Made by a program: the position numbers and the translations under genes
Shown: positions 17,996 through 26,322 of the stretch, piece by piece
How the letters are laid out: each line of letters opens with the position of its first letter
Position numbering within the stretch: position 1 is the stretch's first letter
The notes under the pieces: generated by a model
The model's database searches: none
Seen by the model: the letters and a program-made list of their open reading frames with translations, nothing else
What the model was told of the DNA's origin: nothing
Source: a virus
Strand: one strand, 5' to 3'
IMG/VR virus record: IMGVR_UViG_3300047170_000049
Coordinates: 64,001-128,000 of that record
DNA length: 64,000 bases

Positions 17996-19378
17996 TTAAC
18001 TGTTACGGAGGTTGTCGATAAGGATATTGAAGCGAGGAAGTTTAACAACTGTAGCGCAGAATCTAAAGCTAACTTTAGGAATGCTGAGGTCAGTCATAGC
18101 AAGTTGCATTGACTTGTAAGGGCTGAGTTCAGCAATTTCAAGACCGCGCATATCTAACATAAACCCAGTAACGAAACCAGGGGTTTTGTTATTGAGGTCG
18201 ATGAAAGCAGTGGTAGCTCCACCAGAGTTAACTACTCGACCAATCCAACGTAAGCTGCTTCCACCTGCATCTGAACGATACATATTGAAGTGCTTGGCGA
18301 AAACGCCTGAAGCTGGGGTGATGGTAGCAGTTACGCTATTGCCAGAAGCACCAATTGTGATGGGGCTAATAGCAGTTGCAGGGGATTCACCAATTTCGTT
18401 AACTGCAGTACAAAAGTATTGATAAACTTCGTTTGCGTTGAAAGAGGTTGTTCCTGCAGCTTGTGCAAGAGCGATGGTAGGGCTGTTAGGAGCACCGATA
18501 CGGGGACGGGCTACTGCAGTTTTACCAGAGAGGAAACGGCTTGATTCGATGCTAACAACTGAATCAGCTACTGCTTGCTCTTTCAAGCTTGCACCAGTTG
18601 ATTGTTGAGGGCTTCCTGCGAGAACGATACGTTCTTTGGGGAAAGCAATCTTGTTATAAGCGCCGTGTGTCAAGGGGTCAATGTACAATTTCTCAGGAGA
18701 ACCGTGGTTCATAGCAGCTTGTGCATATGAATCTTCGATGATTCCTTGAGAAAGGATACCGTTCTGGTTGAATACGATTGATTTGTTTGAACCGTACTCA
18801 TTGAACATTAAGTCTTGTGTTGAAGACAAATAATCTGATTGACGAATTTGGGGGTCAAGACCTTGCATTCCAGGGGTTGTTGACATTGCGAGGGGGTTAC
18901 CGTCGAAAACGCCAGCATTGCTGAAAGCTTCTTTACCACGGAATACTTCAAATTCGATGTCGCCAGCGATTTTCAATGCACTGTCTGCTTCAGCGCGGTC
19001 TTCGGATTTAACTCCGTCGAAAGCTTGAATCATTGTGGATTGAACAGTCACTCTACGAACTTCAGCGTAGTATGCCATGGGCACCACTGAACGAACATAG
19101 CTTGAGGTTTGTTCTTGTCCGACAGAGCCTTCAAGCACTGCAGAACCACCGAACACACCGTAATCAAGTTGACGGTTGAATTGTACTAAGGTCCCCTTAG
19201 CTGGGTTCACCTTAAGAAGCTTTTGCAACTTAATGTGTTTATCTTCGTAGGTAGCAACGTTCATTACAGGAGAAAGGTCTTCCATCTGTAATGCGCTACC
19301 TTGGTTTAGAGCACTGGGGGATACGTTATATCCACCTGCTTCTAAAGCTTTTTTAAGGGCTTCTAATTGTTCAATCAC
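17996..19378 (-). CDS. major capsid protein (SPO1/Twort/A511 type, with Ig/FN3-like insertion)
   Basis: LKKALEAGGY...GSALQMEDL N-terminus; YQYFCTAVNEIGES insertion; position after scaffold and protease; GTG start with AAGGAG. Confidence 0.88.
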   Translation of the reverse strand: MIEQLEALKKALEAGGYNVSPSALNQGSALQMEDLSPVMNVATYEDKHIKLQKLLKVNPAKGTLVQFNRQLDYGVFGGSAVLEGSVGQEQTSSYVRSVVPMAYYAEVRRVTVQSTMIQAFDGVKSEDRAEADSALKIAGDIEFEVFRGKEAFSNAGVFDGNPLAMSTTPGMQGLDPQIRQSDYLSSTQDLMFNEYGSNKSIVFNQNGILSQGIIEDSYAQAAMNHGSPEKLYIDPLTHGAYNKIAFPKERIVLAGSPQQSTGASLKEQAVADSVVSIESSRFLSGKTAVARPRIGAPNSPTIALAQAAGTTSFNANEVYQYFCTAVNEIGESPATAISPITIGASGNSVTATITPASGVFAKHFNMYRSDAGGSSLRWIGRVVNSGGATTAFIDLNNKTPGFVTGFMLDMRGLEIAELSPYKSMQLAMTDLSIPKVSFRFCATVVKLPRFNILIDNLRNS

Positions 19379-19380
19379 GG

Positions 19381-20226
19381 TTATGACTCCTTCTCAATAA
19401 GTTTTAAGATAGTTTCTTTACCCTTTTTATGAAGGTAAAAATCTACGATACTGTCTCGTTCGTTCTTAGTTAATGTGGGCTTACGGCTAATGGAAGTTAA
19501 CTTAGCGTGAATTTCCTTATCCGTTAGAGGCTTCTTGTCTTCAGATTTTTGAAGACTGCCTTCGCCTGGTTTAGCAACATGATTAATGTCAGTCACAGCT
19601 TTGCGAACTGGCTTGTTAATCATCTTCTCGAAAAGCTCTGTAACTTTTTCGAGACCAGCTTGAAGCTTCTTGGTTTCAGTCTCAGACTTAGCAAGCTTCT
19701 GTTCTAATTCTTCAACCTTAGCGTTATCCTTTTCAGACATTTGCAAAGGTGCAGATGCTGAGGGGGATGGTGCAGGGGCTGCAGGACTAGCTGAACCCAT
19801 ATCTGCAGGAGCGGCTTCTGGAGATGGAGATGAGCGTTTAGCCATTTCCATTTTGCATTTTTCCATAAGGTCCTGGAGTTTTTCGGGGTCAAGGTCAGCT
19901 AAGAGTTCTTCTAAGCTGCCAAAGTCTTGGTCTTGTTGACTGTCACTTGCTTCAGGTGAAGCAGGTGGAGTTGCGCTTGAATCAGAAGCTTCAGGAGAAG
20001 GTGCAGGGGCAGAAGCACTTGCATCGTCTTTCTTCATTGACTCTTCTTTTTCTTTTGAAGATTCTTCTTTGGATTTTTCTTTGGAAGATTCTTCTTTCTT
20101 AGCGAGTTCGGCAGCTTCAGCTTTTTTAAGCTCTTCTGCCTTATCCGTTTCTTTCTTGATTAACACGTCAAGTTCGCCAATGGCTTCCTTAACGAGTTTC
20201 TCAAGGTCAATTTTTGGTGTATCCAT
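19381..20226 (-). CDS. capsid scaffolding / prohead core protein
   Basis: Acidic, low-complexity coiled coil immediately upstream of the capsid gene; many LxKS/A motifs. Confidence 0.7.
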   Translation of the reverse strand: MDTPKIDLEKLVKEAIGELDVLIKKETDKAEELKKAEAAELAKKEESSKEKSKEESSKEKEESMKKDDASASAPAPSPEASDSSATPPASPEASDSQQDQDFGSLEELLADLDPEKLQDLMEKCKMEMAKRSSPSPEAAPADMGSASPAAPAPSPSASAPLQMSEKDNAKVEELEQKLAKSETETKKLQAGLEKVTELFEKMINKPVRKAVTDINHVAKPGEGSLQKSEDKKPLTDKEIHAKLTSISRKPTLTKNERDSIVDFYLHKKGKETILKLIEKES

Positions 20227-20271
20227 TTTCTCTTCCTCTTATTAGTTAAAGTAAAACTAACTGCTTCCCTA

Positions 20272-20727
20272 TTATTGACCAGAACCTGGCCATTTGTAGT
20301 CGCCGACTTTGGCAACAAGGTTAGCGGGGAGGATTTCAGCGGTTGATGGAACTGAACCATTCGCGCCGAGATAACGTTCTTGATACACGCCTAATTGAGC
20401 AAGGTCCCAGTCGATTAAAGATTTAACTGAGCTAGCAACAATGGAATGTCCAGAGTCAGTGTCAGATTCTTCAACGATTTGGAGTTTGCTTGGGCTGTAG
20501 ACTTGTTGAGGGCTGCCGATACTGTCCAAAAATGGAGTGTCGAAAGGAACAATGCGAATTAGCATGTTGTTCTGACCTGCAGTAGGGGTGGCACTTTGTG
20601 ACACAGACAAGATAGCACCAGAAGCATCAGTCGATTGACTGAATGTATAGCTGGGAAGACGTAATGAAAGTCTTTCTTGGAGGTCACGAGCGAGGGCTTG
20701 TTGTTTTGCAATTTGTAAAAGGGACAT
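20272..20727 (-). CDS. hypothetical head protein
   Basis: Own late promoter; AAGGAG RBS; first gene of the capsid operon. Confidence 0.6.
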   Translation of the reverse strand: MSLLQIAKQQALARDLQERLSLRLPSYTFSQSTDASGAILSVSQSATPTAGQNNMLIRIVPFDTPFLDSIGSPQQVYSPSKLQIVEESDTDSGHSIVASSVKSLIDWDLAQLGVYQERYLGANGSVPSTAEILPANLVAKVGDYKWPGSGQ

Positions 20728-20777
20728 CTTTTATTCTCCTTATTTAAAAATAACTAGTTACTAGAGATATTACCTTT

Positions 20778-20805
20778 ATTAAGATATTTCCCTAAGTTCT
20801 TAAAA
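20778..20805 (-). promoter_or_regulatory. putative late promoter (capsid operon)
   Basis: TTTTAAGAACTTA-GGGAAA-TATCTTAAT. Confidence 0.65.
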
Positions 20806-20808
20806 TGA

Positions 20809-21768
20809 TTAATGTTTTTTAGAATTATTCAATTTCGCGTAAATTTCCATAGCTTCTGCCTCGTTAGCGGCATAGAGCTTGTTGGCTAGCACAGCTTCCA
20901 CTTTTTCTAAGTTCTCCTCAGATAGGGTAGGAAGATGTTTTCGCATTTCAGTACGGGTTAGCTTCTTTTTCTTGAAAATTTTCACTAACTTAGCTAACTC
21001 AGTATCGAGTCCTTCCTTTTGCAAGGCAGGCCCACTTGAGAGGGCTGAGGGAGTGGCACCCATTCCACCAGCGGAGATTGCCTTTTTAAGTCCGCTGAGG
21101 GCATTGGATAGCTGTGCATATTGGTCAGGTCGTACTGAGTCCTGAATTATATACACTTCATTGTAAGCCGATTTGTGCAAGGATTCGTGGCCACCATTGG
21201 CAGTCGAGTAATCCATAGACTTGCGGACTCCTTGGTGGGATTCCTGCACAAATTCAACTTTGGCGGCTCTATTACAAGGCTTGTGCGTTAGCGCAAGTCT
21301 ACGAATAGCCGTTTCTTTTAAAAGATTTCCTTCACGTTTAACTGTAGAACCTTCAACGCTAAAGCCAAGTTGTTGTTCAACCCCAGCCGATTCAAAGTTG
21401 CGTATAATAGATGCGGCAGCTTTGGCGTTTGGATGATTCTCGTCATCAAAGATTTCTACTTGGCCCCAAATGAGTGGGACCTTGAGTTTCTTAAATGCTT
21501 GTAATTCTTGCTTATTTGAGCAATCTTTTTCGCTAAAGATTTTCTTAGCGTTCATGACCCTACCGACGATAGACTGAAAGCCTTCAAAGCCTTTGTTTTT
21601 CTCATCTTTTAGGTCTTCTGGGTTGATATGCTCCGTATTAACTAGAGCCTTTCCTGAACGTAGCTCTTCTATGTCAGCACCCTTAACATCTAGGACTTCG
21701 CCTGAAGTATCGGGGGTTTGCGCTGAAAAGACACCAGCCAGTATTAGATTTTTCTTAAGGTCACTCAT
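20809..21768 (-). CDS. prohead (capsid maturation) protease
   Basis: DTSGE, VNTEH, LGFSVEG, LALTHKPCN motifs of HK97-type prohead proteases. Confidence 0.85.
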   Translation of the reverse strand: MSDLKKNLILAGVFSAQTPDTSGEVLDVKGADIEELRSGKALVNTEHINPEDLKDEKNKGFEGFQSIVGRVMNAKKIFSEKDCSNKQELQAFKKLKVPLIWGQVEIFDDENHPNAKAAASIIRNFESAGVEQQLGFSVEGSTVKREGNLLKETAIRRLALTHKPCNRAAKVEFVQESHQGVRKSMDYSTANGGHESLHKSAYNEVYIIQDSVRPDQYAQLSNALSGLKKAISAGGMGATPSALSSGPALQKEGLDTELAKLVKIFKKKKLTRTEMRKHLPTLSEENLEKVEAVLANKLYAANEAEAMEIYAKLNNSKKH

Positions 21769-21777
21769 ACTAACAAA

Positions 21778-21805
21778 ATTAAGATTTTAAGCTAAATACT
21801 TGATT
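21778..21805 (-). promoter_or_regulatory. putative late promoter (near-leaderless transcript)
   Basis: AATCAAGTATTTA-GCTTAA-AATCTTAAT, 9 nt before the ATG. Confidence 0.75.
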
Positions 21806-21834
21806 TAATTAAAGTTAAATGCCTTAAATTCTTA

Positions 21835-21862
21835 TTGACACTAATACGGGATGTGGTAATAT
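21835..21862 (+). promoter_or_regulatory. sigma70-type promoter
   Basis: TTGACA-N16-TAATAT with TGTG extension. Confidence 0.6.
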
Positions 21863-21895
21863 TAATGAATAGCGACTTAAACAAAGGGGATTAAA

Positions 21896-22153
21896 GTGTA
21901 TCTTACAAGAATTTTAGACTTAGGTGTTTGGAAGACCGTAGCGACCGTTATCAACCCAATTGGTCAATTTCGTAGCGCCTTAACCTTAGAACAAAAGCGC
22001 CGCGTGGTATCCATTGGCAAGAATATTGATATTGATAAGAAAATTGAAGCCGCTCAATTATGGGCTATCGCCCGTGAATCAACTGACCAAGAACTGCGTA
22101 AAATGCAAGCCGCAATCAAAGTAGTAGTAGAGCATAAAAACAAGGATTTATAA
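21896..22153 (+). CDS. hypothetical protein
   Basis: GGGGA RBS; GTG start; promoter upstream. Confidence 0.65.
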   Translation: MYLTRILDLGVWKTVATVINPIGQFRSALTLEQKRRVVSIGKNIDIDKKIEAAQLWAIARESTDQELRKMQAAIKVVVEHKNKDL

Positions 22154-22440
22154 TGGGTTCTTCTAAATTAGGCATGGCTAGATTTTGGCCTTCCGTAAAA
22201 AATGAAGAACCTAAAGCACCTCAAGTTGTCATACCTAAAATAATTCACATAACGGATTATGAATATTACGACTCACATGAGGTAATTCTAGCGGTTACAT
22301 TTAAGGACCAAACGATACACCATTGCGAACCGCAACAACAGCATAAGTGTCACGAATTGATGGCACAATGGGCAAAGTCAATTATAGGTCCTAGTGAATC
22401 TGAAGAGATGAAATTGCACGACTTACTTTTTTGTAAGTGA
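22153..22440 (+). CDS. small protein with C-terminal KLHDLLF motif
   Basis: TAATG overlap; shared C-terminal motif. Confidence 0.6.
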   Translation: MGSSKLGMARFWPSVKNEEPKAPQVVIPKIIHITDYEYYDSHEVILAVTFKDQTIHHCEPQQQHKCHELMAQWAKSIIGPSESEEMKLHDLLFCK

Positions 22441-23253
22441 CTTTTCTTGTTTCTTTTGATGGTCGTATTCATTGTGGTCTTGACCCACATATTCTAAGCG
22501 ACCTGCTTTATTGAATCCAAACCCAGGACCGACGAACACTAGGACGTGACGGCAGTTAGGATGAGTCGTGGATATACTTGCTTTACGGTCTTTCCAATCA
22601 CCTGAATCACTAGCGAGTTCAGACATTTTATAGACCTTTGGGGTAACCATATCAGGTTGAACCCATAAACGAATACAGTCTTTACAAATCTTATCATCGT
22701 TAACGCCAATTTTGCAAACCAATGGGTCTTCAATACCAAGCTGTTCAGAGCTTTTAAGAATGGCATCGGCCACACCATGGTTTTGAGCATTGTGAAGTTC
22801 GACGTTGGCAATAAGCTCCACACCCTTATCGAGCTTCTTACGTTGCTCTTCTAAAGACTCACGAATTTTGGAGAAGATTTCTTTGCCTTCATCTGTACGA
22901 AGAAAATCGCCAATCTTCTCACTCTTAAGTTTATTTTTGTTTTTAACCGTAGCTAGACCTTCTTCGATGGTTCGCATCATATCGGCAGTGGTCTTTTGCT
23001 TTAGGGAGTCGATGTAGTCTGAGGCGGTATTTTGCAAGCGTTCCATGTTCACTTTATCGCTGGAATCTTGCATACCGTTTAATAGGTTGGCGTGTAAGTA
23101 AGCCTGGAGCAATGACTTTTTAGGGTCGTAGTTCTTTAAGGCAAAGGAATAGTAATTCTTTAAGGCGCTAGGGCCTAAGAACGTACCTTTGAGGTTATCA
23201 AAGGACCTTGAGATGATTGATTGAATTACTTCGCGTGCTTTTTTGCTTAACAT
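22423..23253 (-). CDS. MuF-like head morphogenesis protein
   Basis: DDKICKDC...THPNCRH; immediately downstream of the portal gene. Confidence 0.7.
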   Translation of the reverse strand: MLSKKAREVIQSIISRSFDNLKGTFLGPSALKNYYSFALKNYDPKKSLLQAYLHANLLNGMQDSSDKVNMERLQNTASDYIDSLKQKTTADMMRTIEEGLATVKNKNKLKSEKIGDFLRTDEGKEIFSKIRESLEEQRKKLDKGVELIANVELHNAQNHGVADAILKSSEQLGIEDPLVCKIGVNDDKICKDCIRLWVQPDMVTPKVYKMSELASDSGDWKDRKASISTTHPNCRHVLVFVGPGFGFNKAGRLEYVGQDHNEYDHQKKQEKSLTKK

Positions 23254-25274
23254 TATTCGTGCCCATGACCGTCATCTTTGTCACCTAGGGCGTTCATAAT
23301 TTGGTTGAGCATGTCTTGTGACTGAGCCTGCCAACTTTCAGTAACCTTGTCTTTGATTTGCTTATGCAATTTGAGTAACTCTCTACGATTTTTGGGTAAG
23401 CTCTTTTCAGCTTTGGTTAAGCCTTCAGACTTATTCAAAAGTTCTTGGAGTTGAGCCACTACGGAGTCAAGGTCTTGAGGTTGTTGTGGAGCGCCGCCAC
23501 CTGGTTGTCCTGGTTGACCAGGTTGGGGTGGAGGGTTAAGCATTTGCTTAACTTCTAAGTACATCTCGTCGCCAAGGTAGTAGTCGAATTCAGGATGTTG
23601 GGTCTTGTCGCCATAACCTTTATATTGCTCACCGCCAAAGGATTCGAGGATTTGTCCCTTCGTGTAGTATTTTTCAAGGATTGCAAGCCATGCAGCGTTC
23701 ATTGGGAATTCGCCTGCAAGTGGGACCTTCTGTTTTTCTACGCGGTCCATGATGTCGTTCATGTTCATGTAGATTGCAGAGTCTTGCTCTAAGCGGGTAG
23801 CTTCTTTTTCTGGTGTATCTGCATCAAGACCTTCGAGGTCGATGTAGAAAAGTTTAGCCCATTCAGGATTAATCTTGGGTAAAAGTCTTTCGTTAATGAA
23901 ATCTTCTACGCTAAGTAGTAATGGACGAAGACCAATGTCACGAGCGGCGATTAACTTCCATTCGTTATTAGCTTCTGCCATTGACTGAGAGTTCGTACCG
24001 CGTGATAGGTATGATAGAGCGGCTACTTCATCAGGTGACATTTGGAAAGCGGCGAAAATCATACGTTTAGTCAAGTCTGATAAGTATTGGAATTCCATGT
24101 CGCGGCCAGCGGCATCTAATGCAACGGTATCAACTTCGTCTTTAGTACCGATACCAAATACTGGCATACGCCAAGCAGCATTAGAAGAGTTGATATGCGC
24201 GTTCATCTGAGCACGAATCATTTCAACGTCTTCTTTGTCCAAGTTCTCAGATTTGAAAACCAGGATGTTACGAGATGCGCGACCGTTAATGAAGTACATC
24301 TTGTTATGAGTTGTAATATTGATGTGGGTTGTGATAGCATTAATAATACGGTCAAAGATGGTTACAGGATAACCTGAACGTAGAATGTCAGTTGAAGGGC
24401 TAAGGGTCCAGACTAGTAGTTCATCATCTGTAAAGAACTGTCTTGGACGTTCTTGGATAACTTGTACCCATGTGTAATCATCTTCAATGAAGCGTTCTGG
24501 GTCAACTTCGATTTTACCTTGTCCGTCAATACCATCGCGAATGCGTTGAAGTTCTACGATAGCTTGTTCACGGATAGATTGAGCGGCATCAGCTTTAGGT
24601 GCTGCGAAGTAAATAGTACCAGCATCGACGGCGCGAAAGTATTGAAACTCTTCTGAGCTTTCAGTCTTAATGATTTCAGTTGCGAACCACCCGAACGTCA
24701 AAGCATCTTCTATGATTTCTGAGAAGTATTGGGATAGGGTACGTTTTTCTTTATCTTTAAGCCCTTCGTTAGAACCACAATTGAGCATAAGTTCTTTAAT
24801 CTTAGGGACTTCTGTCTCTTTAAGCTCTTTGATTTTTTCATCACTCAAACCTTCTAAAATTTGAGGCTTGATGTTAACGGTAAAACCAACATCGAAACGG
24901 TTAGCACGAGGTCTAGCGAATGATGCAATTTGACGAGCACGAACGGGTAGGATGACGCCGCCGATAAGTTCTTCTGTATCGCGGATGCGCTTGAGCATGA
25001 TGTTTGGAATGAGCGAAGTTTTTTGTTTATAGAGACCTTCGTAATTGGAATAACCAAGCTGAGGGTCTACGTCATAAGATAGGCGAAGACTCTTCTTGAT
25101 TTTCTCATCAGAGCTTTTCTTAAGTTCGCTAAGGATTTGTGCAATTGGGTCAGCCGAATTGGTATTAGGGTCAACTTCAATTGTGGTAAATCGCTTATCG
25201 CTAGTAGGAAGCTGCTCTGCGTTTCTAGGTAACTCAGCGCCGCCTACTAATCTTTGTGTTTTATCATCGCTCAT
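23253..25274 (-). CDS. portal protein
   Basis: FRAVDAGTI, HNKMYFING, DMEFQ...IFAAFQMSPDEV, GLRPLL..VEDFINERL motifs; head-module position. Confidence 0.85.
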   Translation of the reverse strand: MSDDKTQRLVGGAELPRNAEQLPTSDKRFTTIEVDPNTNSADPIAQILSELKKSSDEKIKKSLRLSYDVDPQLGYSNYEGLYKQKTSLIPNIMLKRIRDTEELIGGVILPVRARQIASFARPRANRFDVGFTVNIKPQILEGLSDEKIKELKETEVPKIKELMLNCGSNEGLKDKEKRTLSQYFSEIIEDALTFGWFATEIIKTESSEEFQYFRAVDAGTIYFAAPKADAAQSIREQAIVELQRIRDGIDGQGKIEVDPERFIEDDYTWVQVIQERPRQFFTDDELLVWTLSPSTDILRSGYPVTIFDRIINAITTHINITTHNKMYFINGRASRNILVFKSENLDKEDVEMIRAQMNAHINSSNAAWRMPVFGIGTKDEVDTVALDAAGRDMEFQYLSDLTKRMIFAAFQMSPDEVAALSYLSRGTNSQSMAEANNEWKLIAARDIGLRPLLLSVEDFINERLLPKINPEWAKLFYIDLEGLDADTPEKEATRLEQDSAIYMNMNDIMDRVEKQKVPLAGEFPMNAAWLAILEKYYTKGQILESFGGEQYKGYGDKTQHPEFDYYLGDEMYLEVKQMLNPPPQPGQPGQPGGGAPQQPQDLDSVVAQLQELLNKSEGLTKAEKSLPKNRRELLKLHKQIKDKVTESWQAQSQDMLNQIMNALGDKDDGHGHE

Positions 25275-25277
25275 AAA

Positions 25278-26252
25278 TTACTCTGCCGTCGCAATCGTTA
25301 CAACCAAAGTCTCAAGACTGAGGTTAGTTACACTTAAAGCGTAGGTCGTTCCATTCTTAAGATAGAGTCCTGGGGTTTCAGGACTATCGACTGTTGTGGG
25401 CTCAACTAACGTGTTATTTGAAACATCAGCATTAGCTTGAACACTGCAACGTTGTTGTGCAGCAATCATGACCCACTTTTTAGCGTTTGAATAAATTACG
25501 AATCCAGCGGCTCCAGGCATGATGCCTGATTCAATTGGAAGTCCATTTGGATTAGCTGCCGTGATTTCAATGTAATTAGGCGTTACGTTTGTAAGAACGT
25601 AGGTGCCTTGGGTGTATTGACTAAATCCAGCGGAGATTAGAAGCTTATCGCCAATTTGTGCTTGATTATTTGAAGCACCATTACTGAAGAGTAATAACAG
25701 TGTAGGGTCTAGAACCACTACAGTTTCTGCCACTGCATCAAGATTTTGAATAGAAAATGATGTTGCGTTCTTACCAATAACAGTGAACACACCTTGGTTA
25801 ACTGGGTTAAAGCCAGAACCTGCACTAATGCTAACTTGGTCACCAATTTGAAGTGTGCTGAAGTCAGGCGCTGTACCCGTTCCAGTATATGTGTAAAGGG
25901 CAATGCCACCATTTACCGTAACGGCGAATTGGGTGGTATTATCAATGCCTGTCACGCGGCTAGTTCTAAAAGCTGGGGCTGTTCCACCAGTCCAAGTAAA
26001 TCTAAAGGTGTTAAGAGCAATAGAAGGTTGGCTTACGGTAAATGCCGTAGTGCTATCAATCGCGGTATTTCTCGTACCGTTGAAGATTGATTGGGTAAAC
26101 CCTGGAGCAATTGCAAACTCTTCCGACTTAGGTCTGGTTACCGTCATGCCTAGCAAATTGTAAGAAAGGTCAGCATTTCGGATACTTGGGTTGTTATTTT
26201 GTAGCATGTCAGAGAAAGCTAAAAAGCCTAATCGTAAATTTAAAGTGCTCAA
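25278..26252 (-). CDS. beta-rich virion structural protein
   Basis: Late promoter; TTG start with AAGGAG; Thr/Gly/Ser-rich with internal repeat. Confidence 0.6.
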   Translation of the reverse strand: MSTLNLRLGFLAFSDMLQNNNPSIRNADLSYNLLGMTVTRPKSEEFAIAPGFTQSIFNGTRNTAIDSTTAFTVSQPSIALNTFRFTWTGGTAPAFRTSRVTGIDNTTQFAVTVNGGIALYTYTGTGTAPDFSTLQIGDQVSISAGSGFNPVNQGVFTVIGKNATSFSIQNLDAVAETVVVLDPTLLLLFSNGASNNQAQIGDKLLISAGFSQYTQGTYVLTNVTPNYIEITAANPNGLPIESGIMPGAAGFVIYSNAKKWVMIAAQQRCSVQANADVSNNTLVEPTTVDSPETPGLYLKNGTTYALSVTNLSLETLVVTIATAE

Positions 26253-26287
26253 GAAAGTGCTCCTTGGATAATACCGTTTTTTAATAC

Positions 26288-26315
26288 ATTAAGATTTTCA
26301 TATAACTCATTGATT
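26288..26315 (-). promoter_or_regulatory. putative late promoter
   Basis: AATCAATGAGTTA-TATGAA-AATCTTAAT. Confidence 0.75.
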
Positions 26316-26322
26316 TTATTCA

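Noticed and set aside
19940-20100. Repeats in the scaffold gene (KEESSKEK, SPEASDS) and PAP repeats at 43960-44030
   Set aside because: Codon-periodic low-complexity linkers explained at the protein level
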